The notes: generated by a model from the sequence alone, not told the origin. A stretch of DNA of 64,000 nt from Bacteroidota bacterium (GCA_027621505.1 JAQCBK010000001.1:15114-79113); one strand, 5' to 3'; positions 52,108-63,031 are shown, numbered from the stretch's first letter. Translations and numbers: made by a program.

Positions 52108-52322
52108 AGGGCTACTCCCACAAAATTTTAGAAAAAACGTGCTCATATATTGCTTATAAACAAGGAATTACAATATTTTTATTGAGCTTGCTGAGTAAGG
52201 GTAGTCAAGTAAAATTTGTTAAAAACTCGACCGCTTTGTGGAAAAGTATGTCTTTCATTTCTGATAACATTTTAGAATCTTTGTGGTCAACAATAATCAA
52301 AAATTTAAAGAAATTTCAAAAG

Positions 52323-53300
52323 ATGGCAGCTGTAGAACCGATTCTCCAAGAAAACGATAATAGATTTGTAATTTTTCCCATTCAACACCATGATATTTGG
52401 GAATGGTACAAAAAAATGGAGGCAAGTTTTTGGACAGCTGAGGAGATTGATCTGCACCAAGACCTTAATGACTGGAACACCAAGCTCAACGAAGACGAAA
52501 AATACTTTATCAAGCACATTTTAGCCTTTTTTGCTGCTTCTGACGGAATCGTTAATGAAAATTTGGCGGAAAATTTTGTCAATGAAGTACAATATTCAGA
52601 GGCCAAGTTCTTTTATGGTTTTCAAATCATGATGGAAAACATCCACTCTGAGACCTATTCGCTTTTGATCGACACTTATGTTAAGGACGAAGCAGAAAAA
52701 ACCAAGTTATTTAAAGCAATCGAGGTTTTCCCTGCCATCAAGAAAAAGGCGGATTGGGCTTTGCGTTGGATCGATTCTGATTCGTTTGCGGAGCGTTTGA
52801 TCGCTTTTGCTGCAGTTGAGGGTATCTTTTTTTCAGGAGCCTTCTGTTCTATCTATTGGCTCAAAAAGAGAGGGTTGATGCCCGGCTTGACGTTCTCCAA
52901 CGAATTAATTTCAAGAGATGAGGGGGTTCACTGCGACTTTGCCGTTCACTTACACAACCACCATTTGGTTAATAAAGTTCCAAAAGAAAGAATCGAAGAG
53001 ATTATATTGGATGCCCTTCGTATTGAACGTGAATTCATCACAGAATCCCTTCCAGTAAGCCTTATTGGAATGAATGCGAAATTGATGACACAATATTTAG
53101 AGTTTGTAACAGATCGTTTGCTCATTGAGTTGGGTTGTGAAAAGAAACACAACGTCACCAACCCATTCGACTTTATGGATATGATCTCGTTGCAAGGAAA
53201 GACTAACTTCTTTGAAAAACGCGTTTCTGAATATCAAAAAGCAGGTGTTCTAAACAACGAAAAAGAAGAAACTCAGTTTACCACTGACGCAGATTTCTAA
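52323..53300 (+). CDS. nrdB: Class Ia ribonucleotide reductase beta subunit
   Basis: Di-iron/radical motifs ([37 protein letters not shown]). ATG at 52323 gives about 325 aa. In-frame alternatives exist at ATG 52248 and TTG 52182. Confidence 0.92.
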   Translation: MAAVEPILQENDNRFVIFPIQHHDIWEWYKKMEASFWTAEEIDLHQDLNDWNTKLNEDEKYFIKHILAFFAASDGIVNENLAENFVNEVQYSEAKFFYGFQIMMENIHSETYSLLIDTYVKDEAEKTKLFKAIEVFPAIKKKADWALRWIDSDSFAERLIAFAAVEGIFFSGAFCSIYWLKKRGLMPGLTFSNELISRDEGVHCDFAVHLHNHHLVNKVPKERIEEIILDALRIEREFITESLPVSLIGMNAKLMTQYLEFVTDRLLIELGCEKKHNVTNPFDFMDMISLQGKTNFFEKRVSEYQKAGVLNNEKEETQFTTDADF

Positions 53301-53390
53301 TCTGCAATCTGTAGCCCCGACTGTTCGAAAACCCCAATAAACACCCCCTTAGGGTACACATTATTGTTATGATAAATAAAATATAGATCT

Positions 53391-55862
53391 ATGTATGTAG
53401 TTAAAAGAGATGGGCGCAAGGAGCCAATAATGTTCGATAAGATTACGGCTCGAATTCGAAAACTCAACTATGGGCTCAATCCTTTGGTTGATCCAGTAAG
53501 GGTTGCCATGCGTGTAATCGAGGGCTTGTACGATGGCGTAACCACCTCGGAACTGGACAACCTCGCCGCAGAAATTGCAGCCACCATGACCACCACCCAT
53601 CCCGACTATGCTCAATTGGCAGCACGAATCTCTGTTTCTAACTTACATAAGAATACCAAAAAATCTTTCTCGGCAATGATGAAAGACCTTTATGAGTATG
53701 TCAACCCTCGAACCGGGAAAAAAGCCCCTTTGCTATCAGATGAAGTATACAAGATCATCGAAAAAAATGCAGATCAGATCGATTCCAACATCATTTATAA
53801 CCGAGATTTTGGATATGACTTTTTTGGGTTCAAAACTTTAGAACGTTCTTATTTACTCAAACTCAACGGGAAAATTGTCGAGCGTCCCCAACACATGTTG
53901 ATGCGGGTTTCCATCGGGATTCACCTCAACGACTTGGAGGCTGCTTTCGAAACTTATGAGTTGATGTCCAAGCGTTATTTTACGCACGCCACTCCTACTC
54001 TTTTCAATTCTGGTACCCCCAAGCCACAAATGTCTTCTTGCTTTCTGTTGACCATGAAAGACGACAGTATTGATGGGATTTATGATACCCTCAAGCAAAC
54101 GGCAAAGATTTCGCAATCAGCGGGGGGAATAGGCTTGTCCATCCACAACATCAGAGCTACGGGCTCCTATATTTCGGGAACTAATGGTACTTCCAATGGT
54201 ATTGTACCCATGCTTCGTGTTTTCAATGACACGGCGCGCTATGTAGATCAAGGGGGAGGGAAAAGAAAGGGATCTTTCGCCATCTATGTGGAGCCTTGGC
54301 ATGCCGATATTTTTGATTTTCTGGAGTTAAAGAAAAACCACGGTAAGGAAGAAATGCGTGCCAGAGATCTGTTCTATGCTATGTGGATGCCAGATCTTTT
54401 TATGAAACGGGTAGAAGAAAATGCCTCTTGGACATTGATGTGTCCCAATGAGTGCCCTGGACTTTATGACTGTCATGGTGAGGCATTCGAAAAGCTGTAT
54501 ACCCAGTATGAGAAAGAGGGCAAAGGAAGAAAAACCATCCAGGCCAGGGAACTATGGGATAAAATTTTGGAATCCCAAATTGAAACAGGCACCCCTTATA
54601 TGTTGTATAAAGATGCTGCCAACCGCAAATCCAATCAGAAAAACCTAGGAACCATACGTTCTTCCAATTTGTGTACTGAGATATTGGAATACACCTCCAA
54701 GGATGAGATCGCGGTCTGTAATTTGGCGTCTATTGCCCTTTCCATGTTTGTGGAGGACGGGAAATTTAATCATGACAAATTGTTCGATGTTACCAAAAGG
54801 GTTACCAAAAACCTCAACCGAGTAATAGATCGAAACTACTATCCTGTGAAAGAGGCGGAAAATTCCAATATGAGACACCGTCCTGTTGGCCTAGGGGTTC
54901 AGGGACTTGCCGATGCTTTTATCAAACTCAGATTGCCTTTTACAAGCGAGGAGGCCAAAACACTCAATCAGGAAATTTTTGAGACCCTCTATTTTGCAGC
55001 AGTTAGCGCTTCGGTGGATGAGGCGGAAAAAGACGGGCCCTACAAAAGCTACAAAGGCTCACCCATTTCGAAAGGGGAGTTTCAACACAACTTATGGGGG
55101 ATTAAAGATGAGGAGCTTAGTGGTCGTTGGGATTGGCAAGATCTCCGTAAAAAAGTGAAAAAACACGGGGTAAGGAATTCGCTGTTGGTGGCTCCTATGC
55201 CCACCGCTTCCACCTCGCAGATTCTAGGAAATAACGAGTGTTTTGAACCTTACACTTCCAATATTTATACTAGAAGGGTGCTTTCTGGAGAATTCATTGT
55301 GGTCAATAAGCACCTGTTGGAGGATTTGGTTAACCTGGGCTTATGGAATGAGGATATGAAACAAAAACTGATGCAAGCCAATGGATCTATTCAACAAATA
55401 GAGGGTATCCCCGACGATATCAAAGAGCTTTACAAAACGGTTTGGGAAATGAGTATGAAAGACATCATTGATATGTCGAGACATCGTGGCTATTTTATTG
55501 ATCAATCGCAGTCCTTGAATTTATTTATGGAAGGCGCCACGATGGCAAAATTGACCTCAATGCACTTCTACGCCTGGAAGTCTGGTTTGAAAACAGGAAT
55601 GTACTACCTGAGAACAAAATCGGCTGTAGATGCCATCAAATTTACCCTGGACAATACCAAAGTTGCTCAGTCAGCATCAAATCGCTCAGAGTCAGTTGCC
55701 ACCGTTGCTGCCGTTACTAATGCTTCTCGTTTGGTGAACACAGTTGAGAAAGCTCAAAATGATGCCGCAGCTGTAGAACCGCTCACACCTGCAGAGTTAA
55801 AACAAATGCTCGAACAGTCTAAAAAAAGTGAAGACGATGACTGTCTGATGTGTGGATCATAA
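53391..55862 (+). CDS. nrdA: Class Ia ribonucleotide reductase alpha subunit with ATP-cone
   Basis: N-terminal ATP-cone ([16 protein letters not shown]), active site SSNLCTEI and C-terminal CLMCGS redox pair. Confidence 0.96.
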   Translation: MYVVKRDGRKEPIMFDKITARIRKLNYGLNPLVDPVRVAMRVIEGLYDGVTTSELDNLAAEIAATMTTTHPDYAQLAARISVSNLHKNTKKSFSAMMKDLYEYVNPRTGKKAPLLSDEVYKIIEKNADQIDSNIIYNRDFGYDFFGFKTLERSYLLKLNGKIVERPQHMLMRVSIGIHLNDLEAAFETYELMSKRYFTHATPTLFNSGTPKPQMSSCFLLTMKDDSIDGIYDTLKQTAKISQSAGGIGLSIHNIRATGSYISGTNGTSNGIVPMLRVFNDTARYVDQGGGKRKGSFAIYVEPWHADIFDFLELKKNHGKEEMRARDLFYAMWMPDLFMKRVEENASWTLMCPNECPGLYDCHGEAFEKLYTQYEKEGKGRKTIQARELWDKILESQIETGTPYMLYKDAANRKSNQKNLGTIRSSNLCTEILEYTSKDEIAVCNLASIALSMFVEDGKFNHDKLFDVTKRVTKNLNRVIDRNYYPVKEAENSNMRHRPVGLGVQGLADAFIKLRLPFTSEEAKTLNQEIFETLYFAAVSASVDEAEKDGPYKSYKGSPISKGEFQHNLWGIKDEELSGRWDWQDLRKKVKKHGVRNSLLVAPMPTASTSQILGNNECFEPYTSNIYTRRVLSGEFIVVNKHLLEDLVNLGLWNEDMKQKLMQANGSIQQIEGIPDDIKELYKTVWEMSMKDIIDMSRHRGYFIDQSQSLNLFMEGATMAKLTSMHFYAWKSGLKTGMYYLRTKSAVDAIKFTLDNTKVAQSASNRSESVATVAAVTNASRLVNTVEKAQNDAAAVEPLTPAELKQMLEQSKKSEDDDCLMCGS

Positions 55863-55877
55863 CCCGTAAATTAAACC

Positions 55878-55917
55878 AAAAAAAGGTGCTTGTTGAATTC
55901 AACAAGCACCTTTTTTT
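55878..55917 (+). terminator. Rho-independent terminator after nrdA (A-tract/T-tract flanked, potentially bidirectional)
   Basis: Perfect palindrome GGTGCTTGTTGAATTCAACAAGCACC (55885-55910) followed by TTTTTTT. Confidence 0.85.
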
Positions 55918-56036
55918 ATTGTATTAAATATTGTAAATCAGACACTTATGGATTTTATGTAAATTTAATGTTAATTTATTGTGTTTTTTATGTGAACTTT
56001 TGATTACCTTAGTGGTGGATTTTAAATATTTCAACT

Positions 56037-56393
56037 ATGAAAAATATTATGATCGCCCTCCTGATGTTTACATTTACATTGAGTGCACAAGAAAGCATTA
56101 AACCCCAATTTACAAAAGAAGGAAATCTAACCAAAGTGGTTTATTTTCACGACAGCGGTGCCATCGCCCAAACCGGATTTTTTAAAGATAAAAAACGTCA
56201 CGGCAATTGGGTCAGCTATAAAGTATCCGGCGAAAAAACTGCCATGGGCTCTTATCTTTCGGGGAAGAAAAATGGTCAATGGTTTTTTTGGCAAGGTGAT
56301 GATTTGATGGAAGTCATTTACGACAACAACAAAATTGTCAATGTATTGGAGTGGAACAGCAGTGATAAAAAATTAATCGCCAAAAACGATTGA
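56037..56393 (+). CDS. Secreted MORN-variant repeat protein (YwqK-like)
   Basis: Signal peptide MKNIMIALLMFTFTLSAQ and repeated G-x-W-x-x-Y/F...G motifs (RHGNWVSY, KNGQWFFW). Confidence 0.5.
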   Translation: MKNIMIALLMFTFTLSAQESIKPQFTKEGNLTKVVYFHDSGAIAQTGFFKDKKRHGNWVSYKVSGEKTAMGSYLSGKKNGQWFFWQGDDLMEVIYDNNKIVNVLEWNSSDKKLIAKND

Positions 56394-56415
56394 TATTAGA
56401 CTGTAATCTATTTGC

Positions 56416-58686
56416 TTAGGCATTTAATTTCCTGCTGACTTGATAGAACTCCTCTACCAATTCAAATTTATGAAGTATGAGATCCTTGGTTCTAATGAGG
56501 ATATTGAAGTAAAGTGCCGTATTCTTAGCACTCGTTTCTGCCTTGGTTCTTAGTATTTGATCTTCAATTTTTTGATTCAATAAATCAAAGTTTTGGCTTT
56601 TCTGAATCAATACGTCGTTAAACTCTTTATCACTAAATTCCAAGTTAAAGGCCTCGATTCCCTCCTTAAATACCGAGGATAAGGATTCAAATATGTCATT
56701 TAGGTCTCGAATTTGCTTGTCTTTGAGTGCAGCGTGATTGTTGTTGACATGCTGATGGCTTACATTTGAAATATAGATCAGATCCTCGATCAAGTCCGAC
56801 ATAATCCCCAACAAGGAGATATAAAATCGAGTGGCGGAAACACTGGTCTCATCCATTCGCTTGAGGAAGTAATAGATTCCATTTTTTAAATCATTGACTT
56901 CGTCCAACAGTTCTTGCGCATTGTTTTTTGCAACAGAGAGGGCTCTGAGGTCGCTTTTGGACAGACCCTTGATAACATTGGCATAGATATCGTAAGTCTG
57001 GCTGATTACACTTCCAATATTTCTAGAACTTTCCTCTAAAATACCACTAAAAGAATCGCTTTGTGTATTACTTAAAATGCTTTGATCCACTTTTTTCTGC
57101 GTTTCTTTTTTGTGGTTGACAAAGTTTCTGAAAATCAACAATAAAATAATACCCAAAATGATCAGTATGGCAGTAAACCCGCCCCAATGGATCAAATAAA
57201 CAATTCCACCACAGACCAAAAAAGCACTCAGTGCAGTGAAAAACCAACCCCCAATGACGTTGATCACGCCAGCAACCCGATAAACCGCACTGTCCGTCCC
57301 CCAAGCACGATCGGCCAGGGAAGTTCCCATGGTGACCATAAAGGTGACATAAGTAGTAGACAAAGGTAATTTCAGGGAGGTCGCAATGGAAATCAATATG
57401 GCAGCTACCGTTAGGTTAATAGAAGCCCGGAGGGTATCAAAAGAGGGGGCATTGGCATCTTTAACGAGGGATGCATCTGTTTTTTGCTCAAAAGAACCTC
57501 TGATTTTTCTAGAAATAGAAGCAGGAAACAAATTGGAAAAGTATTGATTCAGTACCACAAAAAAACGAACCAATAATCGAGATAAAAAATTGGGTTTGAA
57601 TCTTTCTTTGATTTGATTTTGATCGGACAAATCAAGGGAGGTTTTAACCACTTTCTTCGCCTTGGAAGAAAACCAAAGGGTAAGCACCATAATCAATCCA
57701 GAAACCAATAGGAATACGGTTGGCGTAGGGACTTTATTGGAAAGTACGCTCATGCTGAATTGATCGGCTGCCATACCCGAAGCAACCCATGCCTCATAGG
57801 ATTGATAGGCCGCCACCGGAACACCGATAAAGTTGACCAAATCATTGCCCGCAAAAGCCAAAGCCAGAGCAAAGGTTCCTACTCCAATGATGACTTTATA
57901 GATATCCACTTTAAAGATCTTCATTAGTAGATAGGAGAAGAGGTACCAAAAGAAAAGGCTGGAAAAATTGACCAAAAGCGCATTGGCCTCAAGGAAGGCG
58001 TTGATGGTTTGGCCATTGAGAAAATCATATTGAATCCCAGCGTAAGGGGTGCCTTTGATACCTTTGATCAATATAAAATTACTGATGGCCGCCAGTGAAA
58101 TTCCCCCAAATAAGGCGTTGATCAACTTGGCCTTATTAAGAAAATTGTGGGTAAGCAAGACTCGGGAAATCCACTGCACTACTGCCCCTATGGTAAAAGC
58201 AATTAAGATAGAAAGTAAAATCCCAAAAATGATTTGCGTGGCTTTCTCCGTATTGATATAAGTGGACAATTCCATTAGATTCCCTGAGCCTGAAAAGATC
58301 TTAATGATCGACATGACCACCGCCGCCCCCAACAATTCAAAAACAATGGAAACGGTGGTAGAGGTAGGCATTCCCATGGTATTAAAGAAATCCAATAGTA
58401 AAATATCGGTCATCATCACCGCCATAAAAATGAAGATGATCTCCTCAAAATTAAAGGCTCCAGGATTAAAGATCCCTTTGCGGGCCACCTCCATCATCCC
58501 GCTGGAAAAGAGCGCTCCCAAGGCTATGCCTAGGCTCGCAAAGATCATAATGTTCCTAAAAGAAATCGCTTTTGAGCCAATGGCAGAATTTAGGAAATTT
58601 ACGGCATCGTTACTTACACCCACTATAAGGTCGCCTATTGCTAGAGCTGATAAAATAATAACGATATACAGATAGAAATCTCCCAT
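56416..58686 (-). CDS. PiT-family inorganic phosphate transporter fused to a C-terminal PhoU-like cytoplasmic helical domain
   Basis: PHO4 signatures GVSNDAVNFLNSAIGS and GNDLVNFIGVP, then about 230 aa of soluble helical C-terminus. Confidence 0.85.
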   Translation of the reverse strand: MGDFYLYIVIILSALAIGDLIVGVSNDAVNFLNSAIGSKAISFRNIMIFASLGIALGALFSSGMMEVARKGIFNPGAFNFEEIIFIFMAVMMTDILLLDFFNTMGMPTSTTVSIVFELLGAAVVMSIIKIFSGSGNLMELSTYINTEKATQIIFGILLSILIAFTIGAVVQWISRVLLTHNFLNKAKLINALFGGISLAAISNFILIKGIKGTPYAGIQYDFLNGQTINAFLEANALLVNFSSLFFWYLFSYLLMKIFKVDIYKVIIGVGTFALALAFAGNDLVNFIGVPVAAYQSYEAWVASGMAADQFSMSVLSNKVPTPTVFLLVSGLIMVLTLWFSSKAKKVVKTSLDLSDQNQIKERFKPNFLSRLLVRFFVVLNQYFSNLFPASISRKIRGSFEQKTDASLVKDANAPSFDTLRASINLTVAAILISIATSLKLPLSTTYVTFMVTMGTSLADRAWGTDSAVYRVAGVINVIGGWFFTALSAFLVCGGIVYLIHWGGFTAILIILGIILLLIFRNFVNHKKETQKKVDQSILSNTQSDSFSGILEESSRNIGSVISQTYDIYANVIKGLSKSDLRALSVAKNNAQELLDEVNDLKNGIYYFLKRMDETSVSATRFYISLLGIMSDLIEDLIYISNVSHQHVNNNHAALKDKQIRDLNDIFESLSSVFKEGIEAFNLEFSDKEFNDVLIQKSQNFDLLNQKIEDQILRTKAETSAKNTALYFNILIRTKDLILHKFELVEEFYQVSRKLNA

Positions 58687-58710
58687 TTATTTTTTAATCC
58701 AAAATATGAA

Positions 58711-61536
58711 TTAAAATTTAAACCCAACTCCAACTGTGAATCTTCTTCCCACATCTAGTTTCCTGAAATGATAGGTTTCTTTTGCCTGAGGGGAAATAAA
58801 CTCACTTCTTCTGGTGTCGTTTAAAATATTATTTACCAGAAACCTAAATTCTATATTATTTTTTTCTCCTCCATACCTAATAATGTTCAGATTCAAACTA
58901 TTGAAAGGCATAGTGAATACGTCAGGAATGGCCCCATTTCCAACAATTTCAAGAGCTTTTCCCTGGACATTATAATTTAAATTGGCTTTGAATTTTTCTT
59001 TAAAATACTCTAAGGAAGAATTAATCAAATATGGGGATTGACCCTGAAGTGTTCTTGTATCATCAATTGTTTCAGCCTCCCTGGCATTATTCAATCTCCC
59101 TTGGTATTCTCCATCATCCATCTTTTCCTCCGAATAAATGTAAGAGGCATTGGTTCTGAATTTTAAATTTTCTAAAATCGTTTTTCGAATTTCAAACTCT
59201 ATCCCATAAACGTTTGCATCAGACAAATTTCTTGCTTGAAAACTGTCGTCTACAATCTCACTGTAAAGAACAACTTCAATAGGATCATTTACTCTTTTAT
59301 AAAAACCACTTACGGCAAACATATCCCCACTGGTATAGAACTTCTCATACCTTACATCAAAATTATCAATAAATGAGGGTTTCACATTCAAGTTGCCAAA
59401 AAAGAATGTTGTGGTTAGCGGGTCATAAATTGAAGCATTTGACAACTCTTTAAATGAAGGCCTAGCGACTGTTTCAGAATATCCAAATCTTATGTTGGAC
59501 TCTTCGTTGAGTTTATAAATTAAATTTAAAGAGGGGTAAATTTTCGCCTCATCAATGACTTGATCTTCGAATGGTTCTATCAGAAGAGTGGTGTCACTTC
59601 TTTTATATCCATTATAATTTTGCTTGTAAATTTCATATCTAACGCCCAAAATCAACCTTAAATCTTTAAAGAATTCAAATTCATTTGATAGATATGCCGC
59701 TACTATGGTTTGGTCTGAGTTAAACTCATCTAGTTTACTCGATGCATTGTAAAAATAAGTCCCTTCACCTGTTGAAGGGTCTAGAATATTTGCCGACTGA
59801 AGCCACATGGATGGATTTCCGTCTCGAATACCTGGTATCCTTCCTGTAACTTCCCGGTAATCAAAAATGTAGTTTTCAATGTAATAGTCTCTTTCTTTTT
59901 TTGAATAATATCCTCCCGTCTTAAACTTAGCTTTTCTACCTCTTAAGGTATATTCTTTTGTGAGATCGAGTTTACCCACATTACTGGATTCATCTAAAAT
60001 TCTCCAAAATCTAGTCGGTGGGCCGGTGGCTGTAAGATCCAAATTATAATCCCCCCCCTCCAAAACTTTTTCTTGAATATCAAAAGCAGAGGTTCTAAAA
60101 TCTTTCTCATGATTTTTATTTTGGGTATTGGAGACCTTCCATTCGACTTTTAATGATCCGTCCGCATTAAAATGTGTTCCACTAAGTAGGTTATTTAATA
60201 ATCTTTTTTCAGTGTAGAAGTTTCCAGTTTGTTCGAAGAGCGCATCGGAACCAATGATTCTCTCTTCCTCCATCAGTATAGAATTCAGTATCCCATTTTG
60301 AATGCCTAAAAAGTTGTACTTATACTTTGACTTGGCTGTTTTTAAACTCAGCCCTAACAGACCATTTAGTTGAGTGTTTACCTCGGAACTCAATCCATTT
60401 CTTCCCTGCACCTTTCTCAGCTCGTATTTTGTTCTGTTGTTGTCTCTTTGAAAGATGTTACTCTCAAAATTATCATAGTGAGTGTAAACATTTGAATAAG
60501 ACAAGCTTGAAATAACCCCTAATTTATTTTTTCCAAGATCAAACTGATTTCCATAGTTAGCGTTAAGTGACAAATTCATACCACTGGACTCCACTTCATT
60601 TGAAAATGAATTGCTGAATTTTTTTGTAAGATTGGAAAGCTCAATTCTTCCTGACTCAGATCCAGTAGGATTTGGAATTTCTCTGTTTCGATCAATAGGT
60701 GAATTTCTGTAACCTCGGTCAAATCCAAGAAAATCTGTACTAGATTTATCCTGTGTTCTAAAATCGTTAACTAAGTTCATCTCAGGGTTATAGCTGGTTG
60801 AAACTGAAAAGCCAAATTGTTTGCTGGTTGGAATGTCTTTGGTGAAGATATCAACGATCCCTCCAGTAAAGTCAGCTGGTTGGTCAGCGCTGGCAGATTT
60901 GAGTACAATGATTTGATCTATAATATTTGTTGGAAAAATATCCAGTTGAATGGTATTTCTGTCCGGATCAAGCCCAGGAATATCAATTCCATTGATGGTT
61001 GTTTTTGTATACCGGTCCCCTAAGCCTCTGACGTAAACATATTTTCCGCCTTGAATGGAAACGCCTGGGACACTTTTAATTGCATTAGCAAGATTACTTA
61101 CCCCCGTTGACTTAATATTTTGTGCAGAAAGTCCATCTAATAAATTGGCAGATTTTTTTTGGACTTGAAGTACACTTTGCTCGTTATTACGAAGAGTTTG
61201 TGCGGTTACCACTACCTCCTCAAACTCCTGAGCAGCAGATTCTAGGTAAATATCTAGTTCTTTAACTTCTCCCTGAGCCAATTCGATATTTTCTACAGTT
61301 ACTGTATTAAACCCAACAAAAGAAAACTGGATGTTATATACTCCGGCATCGAGCTCAATATTATAGATTCCATCAAAATCGGTAACGGAACCATCCATTT
61401 CGGCAACTACTACATTGGCAAACGGAAGGGGTTCTTGAAATTCTTTATCATAAACTTTACCAGTAATTCTTCCTGACTGGGAGTATGATATATCAATAAT
61501 AAACAGAAGAAAAAAAAGAAATAAAATATTTTTCAT
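58711..61536 (-). CDS. TonB-dependent receptor with N-terminal carboxypeptidase-regulatory-like domain
   Basis: Signal peptide, GRITGKVYD...PLPFANVVV, a plug region, and a C-terminal beta-barrel ending in ...FTVGVGFKF (terminal Phe). Confidence 0.9.
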   Translation of the reverse strand: MKNILFLFFLLFIIDISYSQSGRITGKVYDKEFQEPLPFANVVVAEMDGSVTDFDGIYNIELDAGVYNIQFSFVGFNTVTVENIELAQGEVKELDIYLESAAQEFEEVVVTAQTLRNNEQSVLQVQKKSANLLDGLSAQNIKSTGVSNLANAIKSVPGVSIQGGKYVYVRGLGDRYTKTTINGIDIPGLDPDRNTIQLDIFPTNIIDQIIVLKSASADQPADFTGGIVDIFTKDIPTSKQFGFSVSTSYNPEMNLVNDFRTQDKSSTDFLGFDRGYRNSPIDRNREIPNPTGSESGRIELSNLTKKFSNSFSNEVESSGMNLSLNANYGNQFDLGKNKLGVISSLSYSNVYTHYDNFESNIFQRDNNRTKYELRKVQGRNGLSSEVNTQLNGLLGLSLKTAKSKYKYNFLGIQNGILNSILMEEERIIGSDALFEQTGNFYTEKRLLNNLLSGTHFNADGSLKVEWKVSNTQNKNHEKDFRTSAFDIQEKVLEGGDYNLDLTATGPPTRFWRILDESSNVGKLDLTKEYTLRGRKAKFKTGGYYSKKERDYYIENYIFDYREVTGRIPGIRDGNPSMWLQSANILDPSTGEGTYFYNASSKLDEFNSDQTIVAAYLSNEFEFFKDLRLILGVRYEIYKQNYNGYKRSDTTLLIEPFEDQVIDEAKIYPSLNLIYKLNEESNIRFGYSETVARPSFKELSNASIYDPLTTTFFFGNLNVKPSFIDNFDVRYEKFYTSGDMFAVSGFYKRVNDPIEVVLYSEIVDDSFQARNLSDANVYGIEFEIRKTILENLKFRTNASYIYSEEKMDDGEYQGRLNNAREAETIDDTRTLQGQSPYLINSSLEYFKEKFKANLNYNVQGKALEIVGNGAIPDVFTMPFNSLNLNIIRYGGEKNNIEFRFLVNNILNDTRRSEFISPQAKETYHFRKLDVGRRFTVGVGFKF

Positions 61537-61548
61537 TTAATTGGTATT

Positions 61549-61582
61549 AAAAAAAATGCTCACAAATATTTGTGAGCATTTT
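61549..61582 (-). terminator. Rho-independent terminator/attenuator between the lipoprotein gene and the TonB-dependent receptor gene
   Basis: Palindrome AAAATGCTCACAAAT/ATTTGTGAGCATTTT, followed on the minus strand by a T-run. It ends only 12 nt upstream of the receptor ATG. Confidence 0.7.
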
Positions 61583-61608
61583 AATAAAATTAACTTGACA
61601 CAAAGAAA

Positions 61609-63003
61609 TTAAATTCCAGCATCTATAAGCGCATTTTGAGATGCTGCAAAAGTCCATCCAAATACAGATGTATCAGCACCTGCGTTAGCGGGTTTGGTAT
61701 CGGTTGCGGTAGTGGTAAAAGCACCAGTAAGCTCAGAGGCTTTAACCTCAGTAGACTCAGTAAGATTACTTAAAATATATGCCTCGTCTACTCCAGTAGC
61801 TGTTCCGGTAGAAATAACCATATCTGATGCGGTTACATCACCAGCAGCGGCTTCAGTCCAATCGGCTAATTCAACCTTAATATAGGATTTGTTTGTTTCA
61901 GTCAAACCTTTTACCCAAAAGTCACTGAAGGTAGCCTTAAGATTGTCTTTGAACTTGAATACGTTATCGGTAGATCCTCCAACAACAATGGTAAAGTCGT
62001 CAAATGTGTATGGGTTGGCTGCCTCATAAGTTCCAAGTCTACCACTAAGCTCCATTGCATGATCACTTGAAAGGGTAGGGTGTTGAATAATTACAGCGTT
62101 GTTAACAGATCCAGAGAAAGCAAAGTCAGTATCAACTGAGTCATCAGAGACATGATAAGCCAAGAAGTTAGTAACACCAACAGCTCCTCCAAAGAATTCC
62201 ATACCGTCATCAGAACCAGCATATACTTCAACATTTTGGATGGTAGTTCCGTTTCCAACCCCACATAATGTTAATTGATTCAATTCATTATTAGCAGTCA
62301 ATGCGGCACCAGCGTGCTTGATGGTTACATACTCAATTACTCCTGAGTTGTCTGCATCATTTGTACCCCCAAATTCTGCCCATGCGTTGGAGGCTTCAAT
62401 ACCTTCAGCGATTGCAACTTGGGCGTTAGAAGAAGGAGAAATGTATGCGCTACCTAGAACAACCAAACCACCCCATAAACCATTGTCTGAAGCAGTAAGG
62501 TTAGGAGAGCCGGATGCATATGTATGATCTCTCTGAACTTCATCAGCGGATGACGTCATAATGATTGGTGCTGAAGCAGATCCCAATGCATAGATGTCGG
62601 CACCTCTTGCAACGATTAGAGCAACAGTGTTAGGCTGAGCGTTGTTTTGAGCTTTGATGACTGTACCCGCTTCGATGGTTAGGGTATTTCCTTCAGTTAC
62701 AATTACTTTATTTTGCAATACGTGGATTGAAGAAGCTTCCCAAGTCTCATCAGAGGTAATAAAGCCAGAATGCATAATTTCAGCAGGAGCTTCTTCTTCC
62801 TCTTCTTGAAGATCGTCAAGCAATGCAGCTTCAACAGCCGCGGCAATTTCGGCTGCAGAGGGCGTAGAAACAGCAGCAGCGGCAGCATTGGCAATCCTTG
62901 CAATGGTTGCTTCAGGAATCTCAACCAGTTCGGTTTCTTTTTCGCAGGAAACTACAACAGCAATGATTAAAATTAAATAAGGTAGATAAATAAGTTTTTT
63001 CAT
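61609..63003 (-). CDS. Surface lipoprotein of unknown function (Ala/Glu-rich linker plus a probable beta-helix-like repeat body)
   Basis: Lipobox MKKLIYLPYLILIIAVVVSC and linker AAAAAVSTPSAAEIAAAVEAALLDDLQEEEEEAP. Motifs WGGLVVLG and DDGMEFFGG. ATG at 63003 is preferred (a promoter-like motif lies just upstream) over 63051. Confidence 0.6.
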   Translation of the reverse strand: MKKLIYLPYLILIIAVVVSCEKETELVEIPEATIARIANAAAAAVSTPSAAEIAAAVEAALLDDLQEEEEEAPAEIMHSGFITSDETWEASSIHVLQNKVIVTEGNTLTIEAGTVIKAQNNAQPNTVALIVARGADIYALGSASAPIIMTSSADEVQRDHTYASGSPNLTASDNGLWGGLVVLGSAYISPSSNAQVAIAEGIEASNAWAEFGGTNDADNSGVIEYVTIKHAGAALTANNELNQLTLCGVGNGTTIQNVEVYAGSDDGMEFFGGAVGVTNFLAYHVSDDSVDTDFAFSGSVNNAVIIQHPTLSSDHAMELSGRLGTYEAANPYTFDDFTIVVGGSTDNVFKFKDNLKATFSDFWVKGLTETNKSYIKVELADWTEAAAGDVTASDMVISTGTATGVDEAYILSNLTESTEVKASELTGAFTTTATDTKPANAGADTSVFGWTFAASQNALIDAGI

Positions 63004-63023
63004 GATTTTTAAAATATTTTTGA

Positions 63024-63031
63024 CAAATATA
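63024..63031 (-). promoter_or_regulatory. Candidate -7 promoter element (TATATTTG) for the lipoprotein-TBDR-PiT locus
   Basis: Minus-strand TATATTTG lies 20 nt upstream of the ATG at 63003. Confidence 0.35.

Noticed and set aside
52140-52185. NrdR-box-like AT-rich elements (GCTCATATATTGC and ACAATATTT) upstream of nrdB
   Set aside because: Neither is a good 16-bp palindrome of the NrdR-box type, and their spacing does not fit the usual tandem arrangement. I could not confirm an nrdR gene from this window.
55964-55977. The 9-mer TTAATGTTA recurs in four intergenic regions (about 28998, 29860, 55966 and 63091)
   Set aside because: Two of the four are simply the 25-bp direct repeat. The remaining matches are short, and are plausible by chance in AT-rich intergenic DNA.
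60051-60058. C8 (G8 on the coding strand) homopolymer inside the TonB-dependent receptor gene, a possible slipped-strand phase-variation tract
   Set aside because: It encodes the Gly-Gly-Asp of LEGGDYN. G7 runs encoding GGD also occur in core genes here (cobA 19814-19820, FNR 21351-21357). The tract therefore reflects GGG codon preference. It is in frame and at the low end of lengths associated with phase variation.
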